From positions 8,475-72,474 of IMG/VR virus record IMGVR_UViG_3300028588_000019: a stretch of DNA of 64,000 bases; one strand, given 5' to 3'. Of the stretch, positions 26,162 to 35,108 are shown piece after piece. Below the pieces are notes generated by a model. That model saw nothing but the letters and a program-made list of their open reading frames with translations. It ran no database searches and was not told the origin of the DNA. The DNA is from a virus (Duplodnaviria; Caudoviricetes). The stretch's first letter is position 1, and each line of letters opens with the position of its first letter. A program made the position numbers and the translations under genes.

Positions 26162-26190
26162 TTGCATATACGTAACAACGCGCGCATAAT
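26162..26190 (+). promoter_or_regulatory. sigma70-type promoter
   Basis: TTGCAT-N17-CATAAT. Confidence 0.7.
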
Positions 26191-26256
26191 AGCGGTTCCT
26201 GTTCAAGCAGGTAAGTCCCCGGTTCACGCCGGGGAATTCTAACAAACGGAGAGTAA

Positions 26257-27099
26257 ATGTCCATCCTCGGAGCAGTTACCCACACTTCCCAAGGCATCCA
26301 GCCCGGTATCCGCGCAGTCATCGCGGGTGTCGAAAAAATGGGTAAGACCACCCTGACGACCAATGCACCGCGTGCGCTGCTGGTCCCACTCGAAATCGGT
26401 TACAGCGGCGTGCAGGTCAATATGACCCCGATGCTGACCGAGTTCCAGCATGTGTTGATGCTGCTGGACGAACTTATCGCTTCGCGCATGGCTGGTACGC
26501 TGCCGTATCTGAGTGTTGTGATCGACAGCGCTACCGCACTCGAGCGTCTGATCCATAACGACGTGCTCAAGCGTGACCCGCAATATGCGCCGGGTAACAA
26601 GAAAACCGTCACCATGGACTCGGCGCTCGGCGGTTACGGTAAGGCCTACGCCTTCTCGAACGAGCTATTCGAGAACTTCCTGAAAAAGTGCGACCAACTG
26701 TCGCAGATGGGGATTAATATCATCCTCACCTGCCACGTTTTCGCAGCGGAAGTCGTTGACCCGACCGCAGGCACGTTCAATACGTGGGATCTGCTGCTGC
26801 ATTCGCCGAAAAACCAGAAGACCTACGGCAAGCGTGAAATGATGACGCAGTGGGCTGACCTTATCGGTTTCCTGCACGAACCCATCTTCGTCACCGAAGG
26901 TAAAACGATGAACCAAGCTGTGAGCCAAAACAAAGGCCGCGTCCTGGGCATCGCTCGTCAACCCGGTTATGTGGCGGGTAACCGTTACAACATGACCGAC
27001 GAAATCCAGATTCCGTCGCAAAACGGCTGGAACAGCCTCGCTGCACAGATCTGGCAGTGCAGTGGTAAGAACTACTACAATCAGGACGTTGCACAATGA
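26257..27099 (+). CDS. AAA_24/Sak4-like ATPase
   Basis: GVEKMGKTT Walker A, VIDS Walker B, GYGK. Confidence 0.85.
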   Translation: MSILGAVTHTSQGIQPGIRAVIAGVEKMGKTTLTTNAPRALLVPLEIGYSGVQVNMTPMLTEFQHVLMLLDELIASRMAGTLPYLSVVIDSATALERLIHNDVLKRDPQYAPGNKKTVTMDSALGGYGKAYAFSNELFENFLKKCDQLSQMGINIILTCHVFAAEVVDPTAGTFNTWDLLLHSPKNQKTYGKREMMTQWADLIGFLHEPIFVTEGKTMNQAVSQNKGRVLGIARQPGYVAGNRYNMTDEIQIPSQNGWNSLAAQIWQCSGKNYYNQDVAQ

Positions 27100-27269
27100 C
27101 CACACATCTGCATCCAGCGCTGCGCGGCGCTGCAAACATCCAAAAGCGCATCCACTTCAGCCGTCTGCGTGCACACGCGCACGCCAATGGCAATCTGCGC
27201 CCAACGCGCATTGCTGAAGCTGTGAACGTGATGTTCCAGGGCGGCGTGCCTTTCAGCTGGGGTAAGTAA
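27096..27269 (+). CDS. 57-aa basic protein
   Basis: ATGA overlap. Confidence 0.5.
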   Translation: MTTHLHPALRGAANIQKRIHFSRLRAHAHANGNLRPTRIAEAVNVMFQGGVPFSWGK

Positions 27270-27270
27270 C

Positions 27271-27519
27271 GTGAACCACCAGCGCATCAAACCCGCAGAG
27301 TCACCTATCGACGAGTTGTTGAACCGCGTGCAGGAAATTCTGAATATCCGCACCCGGACAGCTACGATCAAAAAGATTGGTTCAACTCCGGCAACTGTTA
27401 GCCGCATCCGCAAAGGTGAGCTAACCCCGTCTGCGGATTTGGTGTTGCGGGTGCACGACTTAACCGGCTTGTCTGTTGCTGAAATTCGTAAGCTCGGCGA
27501 CATTGCTATAACGATTTAA
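27271..27519 (+). CDS. XRE-type HTH protein
   Basis: PATVSRIRKGEL.PSA. Confidence 0.75.
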   Translation: MNHQRIKPAESPIDELLNRVQEILNIRTRTATIKKIGSTPATVSRIRKGELTPSADLVLRVHDLTGLSVAEIRKLGDIAITI

Positions 27520-27570
27520 CCCGCAAGCTGTCTGGCGTTTAACAGACAGCATTCTTCCTAGGAAAAAGAA

Positions 27571-28476
27571 ATGACCGCTTTTAATTTTAACGCAAATTCC
27601 GTCGCACCTGACTCCGGACGTGTTGGCGCGCTGCCTGCCGGCTGGTATGCTTCGATGCTGACCAAGACCGAAATCAAGCCCACCAACGGTGGCGGCGGCG
27701 CATATATCGCCGTGCAGGGTCAGGTTTCGGAAGGTCCGCACAAGGGCGCCAGCTGGTTCACCAACTTCAACATCCAGAACGCCAACGAAAAGGCTGTCGA
27801 AATTGGCATGGCGCAACTGTCGTCGCTGTGCCACGCAACCGGCGTCATGCAGTTCAGCGATACCGACCAGCTGAAAAACAAACCGTTTTACGTCCGCCTC
27901 AAGCTGGTGCCTGCCGAACTGAACGAACCGGGCAACCCGGCCTCCGGCGTGAAATACGAAGAAAAGAACGAAGTGATGGCTTACCGCGCGATCACCGACC
28001 AGGCCGCAATGGAAGCAGCGAAGAACCAAGCTGTCGCCAAGACGCCAGCCGGCGCGCAGGTTCCGCCGCAACAACCGCCGGCATTCGTTCCGCCGCAACA
28101 GCAGATGCAGCAGCAAGCGGCACCCGTCCAGCAACAGCAGCAGTGGAACCAACAGCCGCAACAACAGCAGGCACCACAGCAACAGCAATGGAGCCAGCAA
28201 CCACAGCCGCAAGCCCCGCAACAGCAAGCTCCGCAACAGCAGCCGCCAGCATCGTGGCAGGGTCAGCAACAGCAGCAACAGCAGCAACAGGCGCCAGTTC
28301 AACAACAGCAAGCTCCTGCCGCTGAAGCACAACCAGCCTGGGCACAAGCTGGCGCCGCTCAACCGTGGGCACAGCAGCAAGCCCCGCAACAGCAGCAACA
28401 GCAGCAAGCTCCAGCCGGCCCGGCGGTAGATCCCGCAATGCCGGCCTGGATGCAGGGTCAGCCGCAACCACAGTAA
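27571..28476 (+). CDS. DUF669-type ssDNA-binding protein with a long Gln/Pro-rich tail
   Basis: LPAGWY...FNIQN..AVEIG..L; poly-Q tail ending in PAWMQ. Confidence 0.8.
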   Translation: MTAFNFNANSVAPDSGRVGALPAGWYASMLTKTEIKPTNGGGGAYIAVQGQVSEGPHKGASWFTNFNIQNANEKAVEIGMAQLSSLCHATGVMQFSDTDQLKNKPFYVRLKLVPAELNEPGNPASGVKYEEKNEVMAYRAITDQAAMEAAKNQAVAKTPAGAQVPPQQPPAFVPPQQQMQQQAAPVQQQQQWNQQPQQQQAPQQQQWSQQPQPQAPQQQAPQQQPPASWQGQQQQQQQQQAPVQQQQAPAAEAQPAWAQAGAAQPWAQQQAPQQQQQQQAPAGPAVDPAMPAWMQGQPQPQ

Positions 28477-28480
28477 TGCG

Positions 28481-28508
28481 AAATGCCTTCCTTCGGGAGG
28501 GCATTTTT
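28481..28508 (+). terminator. intrinsic terminator
   Basis: AAATGCCTTCC-TTCG-GGAGGGCATTT followed by TT. Confidence 0.8.
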
Positions 28509-28586
28509 AGATGGTGAGACACATACGTGTGGGCTTTATCTGCTGGCAAAGAACAGCTACCATCTAAAAATTCACAGAGGAGCATT

Positions 28587-29483
28587 ATGGCTGTCAGACT
28601 TGCAACAAAAACGCTCGCAGCAATTGACCACACTATGATGGAAGATCAGGGTGCGGCTTTCCGCGTTTGGTCGGGTAAAGTGCTGCCTGCAATGAAGGAC
28701 GCGTATCGGGGTGAAGAGGACGGTTTCCGTTCGCACCTTGGCGCATCAATGATTGGTCGCGCATGCGCTCGCGAAATTTGGTACGGCTTCCGCTGGAGCA
28801 AGAAGCCTAGGCACCAGGCGCGGACACTTCGTCTTTTCAATAGGGGGCATCTTGAAGAAGCTCGATTTATCGCAGCCTTGCTGTCGATCGGTGTGCAGGT
28901 TGTGCAGCAAGATGCTAACGGCAATCAGTTCCGCATTAGTGACGCTGGTGGCCATTTTGGGGGCAGTGGTGACGGTGTTGCTTTGGGCATCCCTGACGTT
29001 CCTGCTGGGACTTGGTGTCTCTTAGAATTCAAAACGCACGGTGACAAGTCCTTCCAGAAGCTGAAAAAAGAAGGCGTCAAGATTGCCAAGCCCGAGCATT
29101 ATACGCAGATGCAAGTCTACATGCGCAAGATGCAATTGACCGTTGCGCTGTACGGTGCTGTCAATAAGAACGACGACGAGTACCACTTCGAAATTATCGT
29201 CATTGACCCGTTGCACGCCGACCAGTTCCTGGACCGCGGGCGACAAATCGTGCGTCTGCACAAAGCACCAGAGCGCATTAACGAGTCGCCAGGCTGGTAC
29301 GAATGCAAGTTCTGCGACTACAAGCCGATCTGCCACGGTGGTGAACCGCCTGAGCGCAACTGCCGTACTTGCCACCATGTGCGCTGTGACGACACGAACG
29401 GCTCGTGGGTGTGTGGTCAAACAGGTGAAGTCCGCGATAAGGAAGCTCAACTCGCTGGCTGCGACGACTATTTGGTGAACTAA
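28587..29483 (+). CDS. Cas4-like PD-(D/E)xK exonuclease
   Basis: HLGAS.IG..C, DG, LEFKT, QMQVYM, Cys cluster. Confidence 0.85.
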   Translation: MAVRLATKTLAAIDHTMMEDQGAAFRVWSGKVLPAMKDAYRGEEDGFRSHLGASMIGRACAREIWYGFRWSKKPRHQARTLRLFNRGHLEEARFIAALLSIGVQVVQQDANGNQFRISDAGGHFGGSGDGVALGIPDVPAGTWCLLEFKTHGDKSFQKLKKEGVKIAKPEHYTQMQVYMRKMQLTVALYGAVNKNDDEYHFEIIVIDPLHADQFLDRGRQIVRLHKAPERINESPGWYECKFCDYKPICHGGEPPERNCRTCHHVRCDDTNGSWVCGQTGEVRDKEAQLAGCDDYLVN

Positions 29484-31228
29484 TGTCTGTTCGCCTCATA
29501 CCCCGCGACTATCAGCTGGAAACAGTTAATAGCATCTTTCGTTACTTTCAGGCAAACCGCACTGGCAATCCGGTTGCGGGGTTGCCCACGGGTACGGGCA
29601 AGGCTTTCTGCATTGCCTACTTCCTGTTCAAAGCTCTGGAGATGTATTCCAAGCAAAAGATTCTCGTTGCGACACACGTTAAAGAGCTTGTTGACCAGAA
29701 CTATAAAGAGTTCATTGAAATCTGGCCGCAAGCTCCGGCAGGTGTCTACAGTGCCGGTTTGAAGCGCAAAGATACGCATCAGTCTGTTATCTTCTGCGGT
29801 ATTGCGTCGATTGCTAAGAATATCGAAGCTTTCGGTCGGGTGGACTTAGTGATTGTGGACGAGTGCCACCTCATCAGCCTCAAAGAAGACTCGATGTACC
29901 GTGCGGTATTTGACGCGCTCAAGGTTATTAATCCGAACCTTCGCATCATTGGTTTCACCGCCACCCCATGGCGCGCTGGTCAAGGTCGTCTTACCGAAGG
30001 CGATGGTATCTTTACCGATATGTGTATCGACCTTACCGACATGGCGTCCTTTAACCGCTTTGTGCGGGAGGGGTACTTAGTCCCACTGGTGTCCAAGCCT
30101 ACAAAGCTCTTGCTTGACGTTACAGGGGTTAAAATCACAGCAGGTGAGTATAACGAGAAATCGCTGGACTTGGCTGTAAATAAAGACCATATCACTTTTG
30201 CTGCACTTCAGGAGGCGCAGCAGTATGCGTACGAAACAGGGCGCCGTAGTTGGATCATTTTTGCAACAAGCCTAGCGCATGCCGACAAGATTAAAGAAAT
30301 GCTGGAATATCTCGGTGTGACTTGTCGTGTCGTGCACAGTAAAATGTCTTCGACCGAGCGTGACAACAACGTTGCTGACTGGAAAGCAATGAAGTTTACC
30401 GCCATCATTAACATGGGCGTCCTAACAACTGGTGTGAACCATCCTGCGCTAGACTTAATTGTCATGCTGCGTCCAACAATGTCGTCTGTCCTTTGGGTAC
30501 AGATGCTCGGTCGCGGGACTCGTCCGTTATTTGTTCGTGAAGGTTACGACTTAACAACCATCCAAGGGCGACTCGATTCTATTGCTGCTAGTGCAAAACA
30601 GTATTGTCTAGTAATGGACTTTGCGGGTAACATCAAGCGCTTGGGACCCGTCAACGACCCGGTCATCCCCCGCAAGAAGGGTGCATCAAAAGGCGAAGTC
30701 CCGATTAAAGAATGCGACGCTTGCGGGATGTATAACCACATCAGTGCGAAGTGGTGCGGTGGCACCCCATTCAAAACGAATGAAGGTTGCGGCGCGGAGT
30801 TTGTATTCCGTGTACAGCTGAAGCAGGAAGCAAGCACCGAGGCTGTCGTTCGTGAGGACGACTTACCTGTTATTGAAACCTTCCCTGTGATGCAAACGAC
30901 CGCCTCAGTGCATCGAAAAGAGGGTAAGCCTGACAGCTTGAAGGTGACGTACTATTGCTTCACCAAAAAGTTCACAAAGTACATTCTAATTGAGCATCCC
31001 GGATTTGGCCGTCGCAAAGCTGAAATGTGGTGGAGTGAGCGAACGAACTTGACTTTACCCATCACAACGGCTGAGGCAATGGAAATATTCACGGAGCTTA
31101 GCGTACCGACTCACATCCAAGTGTGGACAAACGCTCCGTATCCTGAAATTATGAAGGAGTGCTTCATGGGCGAATTTGCAAATAGCGTCCCCGGTAACGA
31201 ACTTGCAAAGAATGATATTCCGTTCTAA
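29483..31228 (+). CDS. SF2 helicase (RadD/YejH-like)
   Basis: PTGTGK, DECH, TAT, QMLGRGTR, Zn ribbon. Confidence 0.92.
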   Translation: MSVRLIPRDYQLETVNSIFRYFQANRTGNPVAGLPTGTGKAFCIAYFLFKALEMYSKQKILVATHVKELVDQNYKEFIEIWPQAPAGVYSAGLKRKDTHQSVIFCGIASIAKNIEAFGRVDLVIVDECHLISLKEDSMYRAVFDALKVINPNLRIIGFTATPWRAGQGRLTEGDGIFTDMCIDLTDMASFNRFVREGYLVPLVSKPTKLLLDVTGVKITAGEYNEKSLDLAVNKDHITFAALQEAQQYAYETGRRSWIIFATSLAHADKIKEMLEYLGVTCRVVHSKMSSTERDNNVADWKAMKFTAIINMGVLTTGVNHPALDLIVMLRPTMSSVLWVQMLGRGTRPLFVREGYDLTTIQGRLDSIAASAKQYCLVMDFAGNIKRLGPVNDPVIPRKKGASKGEVPIKECDACGMYNHISAKWCGGTPFKTNEGCGAEFVFRVQLKQEASTEAVVREDDLPVIETFPVMQTTASVHRKEGKPDSLKVTYYCFTKKFTKYILIEHPGFGRRKAEMWWSERTNLTLPITTAEAMEIFTELSVPTHIQVWTNAPYPEIMKECFMGEFANSVPGNELAKNDIPF

Positions 31229-31307
31229 AAATAAATGTGTTTGCGCTGCCGCATGTGCTGTACAATGTGTGCTTGTGGTAGCGCAAACCTTAAAGGAGAT
31301 GTGACTT

Positions 31308-32060
31308 ATGTATGTTGTCATAGACCGCGAATACTTGTGTGTCAAGTACAAGCACCCAAACCAATCCGCCATTAACAATCTGGCGTGCATTGAAATCCCG
31401 TACCAGCCAATCGTCGTTGTTAGCGCGACTGATAAAGATAGCTTCGAGTCTTTTACGGACTACGAACTGAAGGTTATGTACGAAAACCTGTGCGGACTGC
31501 TGTACTCGGGCTTTCGTCGTCCGGACCTCGTCACAAGCGTAATCCGTTTGATTGGTATGTTGTCTGAAACCGACTTGGTCCCTCGTGAAGTTGACCAACA
31601 ACTGGACACCATCAAGGACCCGGACGATGGCCCGTTCCAATACGTGCGCGGTTCAGCTGTACCGAAAAAGCAGAACGAGCTCTGGCTACCACCTACGATG
31701 GTCACTCGCGACGGCGTCATCCCAAACGGAAAAAAGTACCATGTACCAGACCCCGTTAAACGCGTGCAACCTCTGTACAGCCCCGTATATACCAACCCCG
31801 CACTGTTTGCAGCGCCTAGCACCCCTGCCGCGCGTGCAAACAGCACCGGGGAACCCAGCGCACCAGCGGCACCGCCCAAAGCGGGTAGCACAACAGGTCG
31901 GGTATGGGCAATTGCGGACGACTGCTACCAGAAGCACTCGGTTCTCGACAAGACCCTGCGCAAGATGGTTGCTGACGAATGCGAAGCGCAGGGTATCAAT
32001 TCCTCCACCATGAGCGTGCAGTTCAGCAAATGGAAGGGACACAAATTGGCACAGTCCTAA
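31308..32060 (+). CDS. protein with the shared C-terminal domain
   Basis: GSTTGRVWAIADD...GINSSTMSVQFSKWK. Confidence 0.8.
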   Translation: MYVVIDREYLCVKYKHPNQSAINNLACIEIPYQPIVVVSATDKDSFESFTDYELKVMYENLCGLLYSGFRRPDLVTSVIRLIGMLSETDLVPREVDQQLDTIKDPDDGPFQYVRGSAVPKKQNELWLPPTMVTRDGVIPNGKKYHVPDPVKRVQPLYSPVYTNPALFAAPSTPAARANSTGEPSAPAAPPKAGSTTGRVWAIADDCYQKHSVLDKTLRKMVADECEAQGINSSTMSVQFSKWKGHKLAQS

Positions 32061-32120
32061 GTGTCAAGGCAAGCACTTTTTCGTGATCCAAAAATATTTG
32101 CTTGTATCCGAAAAAAGTGC

Positions 32121-32149
32121 TTGCAGTTAGTAAATAAGCCGGTTATAGT
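32121..32149 (+). promoter_or_regulatory. sigma70-type promoter; the -35 overlaps an inverted repeat (32071-32122)
   Basis: TTGCAG-N17-TATAGT; AAGCACTTTTTCG...CGAAAAAAGTGCTT. Confidence 0.7.
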
Positions 32150-32221
32150 TAAGCCTCACTCGCCGCAAACAGTGTAACGTAGTTAATCCAGTTTACATCA
32201 AATCATTATTAGGAGTTTCAA

Positions 32222-32818
32222 ATGTCCGAGCAAAAATCCCAAGAGCAAATCGCAGCAGAAGCTGCTGAAACCAAAGCCAAAGCCGACGCCGCCAAAGCGG
32301 AAGCGAAAGCTGCCAAAGACAAGGCCGCCGCTGAAGCCAAGGAAAAGAAACAAGCCGCCGCTGCCGAAGCCAAGCGCCTGAAGGACGAAGCCAAGGCCGC
32401 CGAGAAAGCCGAAAAAGAAGCCAAAGCTGCCGCTGCTGCCAAAGAAAAAGCCGACAAAGCCGCTGCCGCTGCTGCCGAAAAAGCCGCTACTGCCGCTGCC
32501 AAGGTCAAGGTCGTCATGCCATCGCAAAACGGTATCACCCGTCCGAAGACCGGCACCAAGACCGGCGACGTCTGGGCCCTGGCCGACAAGCTGTCCACCG
32601 AAAAGAATGCGCCGATCGCTATCGCTGAACTGCTGCCAGCCGGCGCCGCCGCAGGCCTGAACGACGCGACCATCCGCACGCAATACGCACGCTGGAAAAC
32701 CTTCAACGGCATCTTCGGTTCGGTCAAAGCTGCACCGAAAGCCCCTGAAACCCCGGCACCGACCGCGCAGACCGAACAGACCGCCGGCGCCGAAGCAACC
32801 GAACCGGCCGCCGCCTAA
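32222..32818 (+). CDS. Ala/Lys-rich (H1-like) protein with the shared C-terminal domain
   Basis: AEK repeats; SQNGITRPKTGTKTGDVWALAD...NDATIRTQYARWK. Confidence 0.85.
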   Translation: MSEQKSQEQIAAEAAETKAKADAAKAEAKAAKDKAAAEAKEKKQAAAAEAKRLKDEAKAAEKAEKEAKAAAAAKEKADKAAAAAAEKAATAAAKVKVVMPSQNGITRPKTGTKTGDVWALADKLSTEKNAPIAIAELLPAGAAAGLNDATIRTQYARWKTFNGIFGSVKAAPKAPETPAPTAQTEQTAGAEATEPAAA

Positions 32819-32840
32819 TTCGGCCTGGTCGAGCAGTTAA

Positions 32841-32920
32841 GAGGTGCTAATCGCGGGTACGGGTTTCCAAAATCACGTATCGCAGGATTACGGTCCCGTT
32901 TAAGCCGGGCCACCTCACCA
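32841..32920 (+). ncRNA. tRNA-like RNA with encoded CCA (degenerate; CCA anticodon-like loop)
   Basis: GAGGTG/CACCTC acceptor, discriminator A then CCA, T-like loop TTTAAGC in a CCCG/CGGG stem, TTCCAAA loop; no normal D-arm. Confidence 0.5.
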
Positions 32921-32924
32921 AATC

Positions 32925-33078
32925 GCGCCACTTACCAGATAGGTCTGGGCGCAACCGAGCGGACCCTGTCGTGTAGTTAAGCCCAAGGCGCGAAAGCGTT
33001 GACTTGGTGACTCAGGGGTGAGAAAAACACGATGACAGCTGGCAAAGACCGCCCCGAAAGGGTTCCCATTTACCCGTA
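32925..33078 (+). ncRNA. unassigned structured RNA upstream of queE
   Basis: CTGTC/GACAG and GTGT/ACAC outer stems, CCAAG/CTTGG with a GAAA-capped hairpin, CCC-GAAA-GGG hairpin. Confidence 0.45.
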
Positions 33079-33110
33079 CACAGACAAGGTCTGTTCCTCT
33101 GAGGTGTCAA

Positions 33111-33839
33111 TTGCAAGTCATCCCAATCAATAAGCAACCGATCGAAAAGCGCAACAACGAGGCGCGTTCGCTCGAAGTCCATTCCATTTTCCTCACCATT
33201 CAAGGTGAGGGTCCATTCACCGGATACCCAGCAGTATTCATCCGCCTCGCGGGCTGCAACCTGCAATGCCCTTCGTGCGACACCGACTACACCAACGGTC
33301 GCAAGGGTATGTCCGTCGAAGCAATTGTGTCGGAAGTGAAAAGCGTGCACTCGGAATGCAATGCGCGGCCCATTGTGGTCATCACCGGTGGCGAACCCTT
33401 CCGTCAAAACATCGAACAACTGGTTGAACTGCTGTTGCGCCAGGACTTTACCGTCCAGGTCGAGACCAACGGTACGCTTGCACCACTCAACGTCCAAGCA
33501 CCAGTGTGGTTCAATCGCAAGTTTCACATCGTATGCAGCCCGAAGGCTGGCAAGGTACACAACTGGATTGCCAATCGCGCCGACTGCTTCAAGTACGTCC
33601 TGAGCGCCGACAGTGTCGACCCGGAAGACGGCCTGCCAATCCTTGCGCTTAACCACACTGCCTCGCCGCGCGTTGCTCGTCCATTCTTCAGCACGAAGAA
33701 CAAGCCCATCTATCTGCAACCGATGGACGCGAAAGACCAAGCTAAGAACGATGCTAACGTCTGCGCAGTCCTGCAAAGCTGCATCAAACACGGCTATATC
33801 TTCCAACTGCAAACGCACAAATACATCGGGGTCGAATGA
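33111..33839 (+). CDS. queE: 7-carboxy-7-deazaguanine synthase (radical SAM)
   Basis: SIFLTIQGEG...RLAGCNLQCPSCDT, TGGEP, ETNGT, LQTHK; TTG start after GAGG. Confidence 0.95.
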   Translation: MQVIPINKQPIEKRNNEARSLEVHSIFLTIQGEGPFTGYPAVFIRLAGCNLQCPSCDTDYTNGRKGMSVEAIVSEVKSVHSECNARPIVVITGGEPFRQNIEQLVELLLRQDFTVQVETNGTLAPLNVQAPVWFNRKFHIVCSPKAGKVHNWIANRADCFKYVLSADSVDPEDGLPILALNHTASPRVARPFFSTKNKPIYLQPMDAKDQAKNDANVCAVLQSCIKHGYIFQLQTHKYIGVE

Positions 33840-34039
33840 TGGCAATTAACGTTAAACGCATTGTCGAGGTTTCGGTTGACATGACCCTCGACGAGCAACA
33901 GGCTGGCGAGCTTCTGGATTTTTTGCGGACCGCTGTCACTGTCACTGCACCGCGCCCCATGACTCCAGGTTCCCGACCAACTAACATCGTGCGCGAGCTG
34001 GCAGACGCACTCATCGCTCAAGGGGTTGTTTCAAAATGA
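33836..34039 (+). CDS. hypothetical protein
   Basis: ATGA overlap. Confidence 0.6.
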   Translation: MMAINVKRIVEVSVDMTLDEQQAGELLDFLRTAVTVTAPRPMTPGSRPTNIVRELADALIAQGVVSK

Positions 34040-34323
34040 GGCTCGAAGACTGGAGTGTGGTCGCTTCACCATTGTCAGGTTACCGTGACCCGGAGCAATG
34101 GTCCCCTAAGCTGTACGGCACGGTGTACGGTAATCCAAAGTTCGCGGACGGTTCGCTTATTTTTACGAGCCGCATTGTTACGGTGGACAAAAAGGCTGGC
34201 ACTGCAACCACCAAGTCCGGCAGCGTCTATGTGCTGGGTGAAGTGTCCGCAGAATACGAAAACATTCATCCAAACGCGCGTGAGCGCTTCTTCAATCAAG
34301 GGGTTAGCAATGTTCAAAATTAA
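34036..34323 (+). CDS. hypothetical protein
   Basis: L.G.VYG.P.F.DG..I.TS...T.SG..Y.LG pattern. Confidence 0.7.
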   Translation: MRLEDWSVVASPLSGYRDPEQWSPKLYGTVYGNPKFADGSLIFTSRIVTVDKKAGTATTKSGSVYVLGEVSAEYENIHPNARERFFNQGVSNVQN

Positions 34324-35107
34324 AGCACTGGTCGTCCTGTCCGGCGGCCAAGATTCGACCACCTGCGCATTCTGGGCCAAGCAGCAGGGTTACGAGATCC
34401 ACGCGGTGACTTTCGATTACGGTCAGAAGCACGTCATCGAAATCGAAGCGGCCAAGAAGATCGCGGAACTCGTCGGCGCCGTGTCGCACGAGATCATCAA
34501 GCTGGGCGACGGCGTCCTGGCCGGTACGTCCCCGCTCACCAACAAAGCGGAAGTCCTGGAACAATACGCCGACCACCAATCGCTGCCAGGCGGTCTGGAA
34601 AAGACCTTCGTACCGCTGCGCAATCAGCTGTTCTTGACCGTTGCTGCGAACCGCGCCTACGTCATGGGCTGTACCGTGCTGGTCACCGGCGTCTGTCAAG
34701 AAGACAGCGGAGGCTATCCGGACTGCCGCGCCACCTTCATCAGCGCCGTACAGGACGCAACCAACTATGGTACGTTTACCGGCGAACCCGGTACGCTGCC
34801 ACCCCTGCGCATCCTGACCCCGCTGATGTACCTGACCAAGGCCGACAGCGTGCGCCTGGCGCGTGCCATCCCGGGCTGCTACGATGCGCTGGCGTATTCC
34901 CACACCAGCTACGACGGCGCTTACCCGCCCGTAGGTAAAGACCATGCAACCCTCCTGCGCGCAAAAGGCTTCGAAGAAGCAGGCTTGCCTGACCCGCTGG
35001 TCGTGCGTGCATGGAAAGAGGGTCTGATGGACCTTCCAGATACGAAGGTTTACAACGACTTCGAAGACCAAATGGACGCTGCTCGCGAAGCTGCTGAGGG
35101 CGACTAA
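34310..35107 (+). CDS. queC: 7-cyano-7-deazaguanine (preQ0) synthase; variant lacking the Zn-binding cysteines
   Basis: SGGQDST, FDYGQKH, FVPLRN, GYPDCR; ATG 34310. Confidence 0.93.
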   Translation: MFKIKALVVLSGGQDSTTCAFWAKQQGYEIHAVTFDYGQKHVIEIEAAKKIAELVGAVSHEIIKLGDGVLAGTSPLTNKAEVLEQYADHQSLPGGLEKTFVPLRNQLFLTVAANRAYVMGCTVLVTGVCQEDSGGYPDCRATFISAVQDATNYGTFTGEPGTLPPLRILTPLMYLTKADSVRLARAIPGCYDALAYSHTSYDGAYPPVGKDHATLLRAKGFEEAGLPDPLVVRAWKEGLMDLPDTKVYNDFEDQMDAAREAAEGD

Positions 35108-35108
35108 C

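Noticed and set aside
32841-32960. Twister, theta/HDV-like or pistol ribozyme near the tRNA-like element
   Set aside because: Fragments match (CTAA..GC..CGGTCCC..AAGCCGG; TTAAGCCCAAGGCG), but the P2'/GA-T1 strand, the P1.1 GG and the pistol P1 stem are absent.
32925-33110. Canonical preQ1 riboswitch before queE
   Set aside because: No class I, II or III consensus recognisable by eye; kept only as an unassigned RNA.
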